DNA of 64,000 nt from Veleropilina oligotropha (lineage: Eukaryota), in assembly GCA_048128005.1 (NCBI GenBank), contig JBEUKZ010000093.1, positions 372,001 to 436,000 of the forward strand. The letters run 5' to 3'. Both the position numbers and the translations under genes were made by a program. This document shows positions 56,990-64,000 of this stretch, one piece after another. Below the pieces are notes generated by a model. It saw only the letters and a list, made by a program, of their open reading frames with translations. It did no database searches and had not been told where the DNA came from. Position 1 is the first letter of the stretch. The number at the start of each line of letters is the position of its first letter.

Positions 56990-58256
56990 TTTTATTATCC
57001 CCCGCCCGAAGGATATTGTTGCACCATGGATGTCCGTCCGTCCTTACGTCCGTAAATAATTTGGTTAAAGTTTCGAATTGAGTGTATATAGCTTTCCTAT
57101 GATACTTTTTGGCATATATATGCTTTTGTAGGCATTATATGGATGACACCTGGCCCCGCTTGCATAAAGATACTTAAGTTGAGATTTTCCTCAAGTCTGA
57201 GATTTCATGACGTCACGTTCTAAATGGCTTGCGTAAAACTTCTTATAGGAAATATATGCATTATTTCCTGAAATATTTGAGGCAGGAAGCTACCTTGCAG
57301 TCTGAATTATGTAAGGAAATAATGCAATATGTCCTAAGATACTTAGCGTAAGAAGTTTTATGCAAGCCATTTTGAACGTGACGTCATGAAATCTGACTTG
57401 AGGAAAATCTCAACTTAAATATCTTTATGCAAGCGGGGCCTGGTACTCTGGAAGTGAGATTGAATAAAATTTAATATCATTATTGCATAAATGTAGGTGT
57501 TTTTGAACATAGAAATTTTGGCTGAACTTTCTGGTTAAAGTTTTTCATTGAGTGTATATGAGTTGTTGAAACAACATTTTGGTTTGGTATTGATAATATG
57601 AATGTCAACTGATACTATGGAAGTGATGCTGAATTAAATTTAATATAATTATTGCATAAAAATAGGTGTTTGTGGACATAGAAATTTTGGTTTTAAAGGT
57701 TTTGTTTAAATTTTTCAATGGGCTCATATTGGTTGTTCAAGGCACTGTTTTACATACATATTCTTTGGTATTGATAATATGAATGTCAACTGATACTATG
57801 GAAGTGATGCTGAATTAAATTTAATATAATTATTGCATAAAAATAGGTGTATGTGGACATAGAAATTTTGGTTAAAGTTTTGTTGAAATTTTGCAATAGA
57901 CTCATATGGGTTGTTCTACTAACTAGGCACTGTTTTACATCCATATACTTTAGTGTTGACTATATTGATGCTGCTTCCTCTGCAAGTGATTTATAATATA
58001 AATAACATGTGAAATTAGTGTTTGTGGACATAATTTTTTTTGTTAAAGTTGAGTGAATTTCCGTTCTATTCCATTATTGCATAATTATATATTCTTTGAT
58101 GATGCTTATATTGATACCACCTTTTACTCTAGCAATGATATGAATATTATTTTGTATAAATATTGAAGTAACTTGATGTGTTGGGACGGACATTAAAATT
58201 TTGGTTAAAGTTTATATCAGGCGGGGGGTGAATCCGTTTTCTAACAGGCTCTTGTT
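56990..58256 (+). mobile_element. Helentron-associated (HINE/DINE-like) non-autonomous element with internal ~170-180-bp tandem repeats
   Basis: ttattatcccccgcc at the 5' end, a (gtcc)n microsatellite, ggcggggg and a T-rich end at the 3' side, repeated gacatagaaattttgg units. Confidence 0.6.
57153..57439. mobile_element. Palindromic Harbinger-like MITE with CTG TSD
   Basis: ctg|gccccgcttgcataaagata ... tatctttatgcaagcggggc|ctg. Confidence 0.8.
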
Positions 58257-59033
58257 AATTTAGTAATCCGATGGTCGTTCTGCATTGATAGTTTAGGGTA
58301 CCGTTAGTCAATAATCGAGCATATACTTATGACCAAGCTCAGGGGCCTGGATCGCTTCTTATCGTTCGTCTGATGATAAGCAAAGTTCTCTGTTACCATA
58401 ATTAAATGTATATTATAGAGCAGCAGAAAATTGCATTAATCGTCACTCGTAGGCCCCTGTATGACCGAATAGATGGCATATCGGATAGAAGTGCACGGTT
58501 TTACCGGTATACCGCGATTCTCAATGCAAGTCGGTACGTACCCCGGTACGGCTGCCAGTACCAGTACTAAGCCGGTATTTTACATGACTAAAAAATGTTA
58601 AGGTTAGTAGCTATAAACATGTATCACACGTCTTTGGCAGCTCATGGATCCAGAAGTCAATGGCTGTGCGTTTTAGAAATGGCCAGTAAAGCAATAATTG
58701 TTCAAGAAAAGTTTTCATCATGCCTATGAAAAGGTCGGGCGTTATTAGAAAACATTACAATAATATTACTCAAACTTATTAAAAAGATACAACATCATAT
58801 TGTACGTCATCTTTAACATGTCACATTGTAAATTCCGTCTTTATTCCGAGAAAATATAACTTTTCTCGTTATCGTCAATATGCTCATCGTGTTCCAGCTT
58901 CGTGTAGATAGGCCTACACCACATTGTATTACAGCCATAAGCCTCGTTTTCAGTATATACTATATATTTATAAATAGGCCCAACCATTATGTTTGTTTGT
59001 AATTAAATAAACAATTACACATTAAATACCCCA

Positions 59034-62000
59034 TATCTATATCAAATATACTTACGTCCTTACTAATGCCATAATAAGCCTATTATCGCTAAATCCGGAC
59101 AAGGTGGAAATGGCAATTTCGCACTTTTCAATAAATTTAACCCAGTTGACCCACTGACCTGCTTGACCTCCCTCAGTTCATGCCTATTAAGAGCTCGCCA
59201 ACTCCCGCGAGATCCTCGTGACCAAAAGGTCATGACCTCATCCGAAGTTTTCCGCCCTCTAGAGAAGTCGCGTTTTACTTTGCTCCATCATCGATGTGAA
59301 ATTTCGATCTTTTTGAAGCACGATTTAACAATCAAATAAGCTCATAAGATCGATTGTAGTGTGTAGAACACGTTTAGTGGAAAGACTGAGAGTTTTCCTC
59401 CTGAATAAGCCCTTCTTGGAAGTTTTTCCTGTCGACTACAGACAAAAAACGAAATCAACATCCTCCATTGACGACACCATCTTGAAATTCTGAAAGAGAA
59501 AATAAAGAGGACGCTCAGAGGGATATTTAAAGAAGGAAGCTCCTTAGCAATTACTACGGAGTCAGGAGAGAGTTGTATTATTGATATTGCTTGAATTTGC
59601 ATTGCATTTCATTTATATATGTGATAATTTCCTCAACGACGTTTTCTTGCTATAAAGTTATGTAATCAAATTTATCGTCGTTGAAAAGCAGATTGTTTAG
59701 CATTTAACTTGCGTTATTTTGGTAAATCTGCTAGGTCGGGGATAACACGCCGAATTCTAACAAATTGAATATATACATCCAAGAGGTTTTTAGGTGTGAA
59801 GGGCGGTTTCTTGTAAGAAAGACCTCCCGTTTCTCAATTCGTTGGCCGACTTGTGTTAAAAAGTTTAGCAAAGTCGGTTTTTTGGGCGTATAATCCGCCG
59901 GAGGTATTAACCCTTTTCTAACTCTCGGATCAGGTACAATCGAGGTTGTAGTAGTATTTTGGCAAACTACCCGTAGAAATACCCTTATCACTTCATACCC
60001 CTATCTCCTACCTACCCGTGTACGTAGCTATGTTGCATTGCAGTGTTTCCGGGTGCCGACAGAAAATCCGTGGTTTTGACAGGCACTCCGAATGCATTAT
60101 TCACCGTGCTTGTTTTCGTGATAAAACGCATCCGTGTTAGCATTGTTTAGCATTGACGAATCGGCAGTGGGAGATTCTTTTCCCAACGGGTAAGACGACC
60201 AGGGCATCTTTTCCCGATGGGACAGCCACCGAGAAGCTTAAAAGTTTAGAGACAGGCTTTGATTCTATTCTTTCTGTTTCAGATACTCTCGGTAATAGCC
60301 GTGTGGGGACAGCGGCTATCGCCGGATCCGCCGTCGGAACCTCTGAGACTTTGGGAAAAGTCCCAGTAACTTCGTCGGGATCCATGGTTCAGGTACAGGC
60401 CCGAGTGCCGTCCGACTCCTCGCCTTTGGGCCTAGTAACCGCTGCTCATAGTATCTTGCCGGCCAGTAAGATACGTCGAGCGCTGCGGCGAAAAGCTGAG
60501 CAGGGCAGACAAAACCTTTCCTCTCCTCCGGCCTCGGAGGAGCAAGGCAGCGTTAGTCCTTCTGTGAGTCTAGTAGCTTCTGAACAAGAAGCAGCTTCTG
60601 AACAAGAAGCGCAGAGACTAGCAGAGAAAGTCGATACAGTTGCTGGGCACCACGAAAGTGGTCGAAGTTCCAGACGCTCGACGAAACCCGTCCTCTCGTC
60701 CGACAACGGCGCTAGTTTAAAGACTAATCCCGCCACCGTCGGAGCCCACGAGAGTGATGGAAGGCCAACCTCCTGCGACGATTCTTTTCAAGACGTCCCG
60801 GGTGGTGTGGTAGGACCGGCTGCATTCGGGGCTGAGGCGTACGGCGGGTTTTCCCCCGTGCCTCACCCGAGCAGGGTTACAGACCCGTATGGACTGTGGT
60901 CGCAGTCTTACGGGTCGTTCGCACCGTTTAACGCGCCTCCGGGCCGTTTCCCTGGCTGCGGTTTCCCGACAGGTAACCCGAGTCCCTGGTACTCGGCTCC
61001 ACCTGTCCGTGCAGCCCGTCCACCATGCGCTACGGTATCCTCGAGCGGACCAATGGCTGTTGGTCCGACGTCCGTCATGCCTCCGGGTTTCTCTCTTGAG
61101 AACGTCCAGGCTATGATTGCGACGGAAGTCGAGGCACGTTGTAGGTCCTGGCAACCGGCTACCCAGCCGCCCCAGGTCCCAACGTCTCTGACCGTAACGC
61201 CGGGCTCGGCTCATGTTTCGGTGATGGAAGTAGATTCTCGTTCCGACGAGGACACCACTCCTACTCCTCACTCTGACCTCCCTGAATCGGTCGGACCAGA
61301 CGGCTCTCGTAGTCGTTCTGGCACACATGAAGCCGTCTCCGCCACCCGCCGAAGGTACGACGCTGTCGCGTCGCTTCGCGGGGTGCTTGACTTGCTCGAC
61401 CCGGCCCTGCCGGTAAGCGGAGTCACGCACAGGACAACGGCACGCCGGTTTGATGGGTCGGAAGCCCCCCTGCTTCCTACCCTCCCCCAGTCTGGGTTGG
61501 TCTCGCTCGTCCTCGACTCGACGACCAAATCCATTCAGGGGTCCAAATCGGTGGAGACTTCCACTTTAACGGAGTACCCTAGTGGTCTCCGTAAGGGAAG
61601 GTACCTCCGGCCCAGTAGGAATCCGATTCCGATCGGGTGCTCTGGGACGTGTCTGGCGACTGAGCCGGTTCAGATCGATGCAGCGATGCGTCGCCTGTCG
61701 GCCAGTACGGCTCCCTCGGTAGTCAAAGTCCCATGGGCCGCCATGGAGGGCTTTGAGAGCTCCGCCCGTCGAGCTCTACGGCATTCCTCCATCCAGGATT
61801 CCTTCTTGGACGGAGCTATTACCGTGCTACAAGAGGATGGACCCCGCGCTCGAGAGATCGCACTGTAGGTTGCCGCCGCCACGGAGAACTACGCGTCGGA
61901 ATCAGCCCGATCCTTAGGTAACGCTGTCCTACTCCGTAGAGACGCTTGCCTAGACGGCACCACGTTAGACGACGCCACCCGGCAGTCTCTACGTTGCGTG

Positions 62001-64000
62001 CCGCTGTCGGCCCCTACTCTCTTCGGAGACAAATTCGCCGAATTTGTCGAGAAGAGAGCGACCGACCTCAAGGATCGCGCTGTTGAGAAGGCAGTCTTGG
62101 ATACTCCTCGTAGTACGTCGGCTGCTGCCTCAAGGAAGCGCTCGGGACCGTCCCGGTCCCATAAGCCTTCCAAGCGTGCCAAACCTTCGCATAGTGGGCC
62201 TTCTCAGGCCAATAAATCTACTGCGAAAACGGCACCTCCGACCAAATCCCGTCAGAGCGGGAGAGGGAAGCCGCGGTCTAGGGTTGCCGACGCTCGCGAC
62301 GAGCCCAGTTGCACGCTTCCGCTGGTGGGAGCGTGTCTGTTAGAGTACAGCCTGTCCTGGCTAGAAATGACAGAGGACAACTGGGTTCACTCAGTCGTGA
62401 GTGCCGGATACAAGTTGGCATTCGACCGGCATCCAACCCTAGACGCGACACCACCACCAGGACGCGCTCGTCTCCTCATAAGAGAAAAACAAGCCGTCCT
62501 CGACCAGGCAGTGCGGGACTTACTCTCAAAAAGAGCGATTTATCCCGCGCCGCCCAGCACACCAGGATATTACAGCCACTTTTTCCTGGTCCCGAAACCC
62601 GATGGCCGTTGGCGACCGATCCTCGATCTGTCGTTCCTCAACCAGTATCTTCGTACCGAGAAGTTCAAGCAAGAAACACTCTTGAAGATACGTACGGCCA
62701 TCTGTCCGGGCGACTGGGCAGCGTCTATCGACTTGACCGATGCGTACCTACACGTTCCGATGCACGTCTCGGCTCACCGGTACCTACGGTTTGTCCACGG
62801 GGGAACGGTCTACCAATTCAGGTGTCTACCGTTCGGTCTATCGTCAGCCCCGTACGTCTTCACGCGGGTAGTACAGGCTCTCGGGGCCTTCCTACACTCG
62901 CAAGGGCACAGGGTACCTCGACGACTGGTTGATTCTCGGGGTGTCCCGGGATCAGTGCCTCCAGTCTATGAGCGTTACCCTGTCATCGGCGAAGCGCCTA
63001 GGATTACAGATCAACAACGACAAATCCTGCTTCGTGCCCTCGACGACGTTTACATTTCTAGGGGTCGAATTCGACACGGTCCGGTACACCGCGAAACCGA
63101 CTCAGAAACGTATAGAGAACCTACGCGCAGTTATACTGGAAACAAAGTCTTCACGGATAACTACAGCGCGACGACTGGCCACTGTCCTAGGGCACATCGA
63201 GTCAGTAGCTCCCCTGTTACCGACGGGTCGCATGGACAAACGACCGTTGCAGCAGGCCTTCAAGGACCGCTGGATACAACGTACGGGACAGTGGACGGAT
63301 CGCGTCGATCTACGGCATTGGTTCATTCGCACGACAGCAGTGTGGCTGAACACTACCCTGCCGAGCCAGTCGGTTCCGATATCCCCCCCAGAACCGAACG
63401 CCTACCTCTTCACGGACGCGTCAAACGAGGGCTGGGGAGGGCACCTCGACAGTCACGAGACATCGGGCCTATGGCCTACGGACCTTCAGGGACGACACAT
63501 CAACTTCCTAGAGTTAGAAGCCGTCTACCTGTCAGTACAGTCCCTCTCGTCACATCTCCGCAACAAGCACATAATGCTAGCAACGGACAACACGACTGTC
63601 GTCGCTTACATTCAGCACCAGGGCGGCACCCGCTCCCGTCCGCTTTGCGACCGAGCGATCGACCTACACCGCCTAGTGATGTCACTCAACTCGACAATTC
63701 GAGCCCGACACATCCCGGGGAAGCTGAATGTCAGAGCGGATACGCTCTCTCGGAAAACACAGATTATACACACAGAGTGGACACTACACGCCCGTGTAGC
63801 CCGAGATGTCTGTCGCCTGTGGTCGCAGCCTCTAGTCGATCTATTCGCAACCGAATACAATCACCGACTCCCTCTCTATGTGTCTCCTTACCCGGACCCG
63901 GCCGCTATAGCGGTCGACGCTCTGTCTATGAGATGGGAGAATCTGATCGCCTACGCCTTTCCGCCGTCGTGCATGTTGCCGCAAGTACTACGGAAAGCGA
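59034..64000 (+). mobile_element. DIRS family A second copy (runs off the window); gag and RT disrupted
   Basis: 5' ITR tatctatatcaaatatacttacg; closely matches 29622-36858; gag stop near 60138, deletion near 61866, RT deletion near 62915. Confidence 0.92.

Overview
Repeat-dense, AT-rich eukaryotic DNA, probably from an invertebrate animal; many ORF-track starts are TTG/GTG, so I corrected starts to the first plausible ATG. The main feature is an apparently intact ~15.9-kb endogenous Polinton/Maverick-like virus (3148-19016). It has ~440-bp terminal inverted repeats and a GTAAT(A) target-site duplication, and it sits inside the 3' end of an L2/CR1-type LINE. It encodes an rve integrase, an A32-like packaging ATPase, likely major and minor jelly-roll capsid proteins, several membrane proteins, a small secreted Cys-rich protein and an unusual ~1280-aa replicase polyprotein (HeH/Rho-N-like domain, candidate vOTU protease, divergent PolB without clear exonuclease motifs, SF1 helicase, HNH-like domain). 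I found no adenain-type protease. The rest holds a disrupted C2H2 zinc-finger gene (26.4-28.8 kb), four DIRS tyrosine-recombinase retrotransposons from two families (one nested in another, whose gag also carries a Mutator-like foldback), SINEs, MITEs, LINE fragments and minisatellites. All protein calls come from motifs read by eye; no database searches were run.
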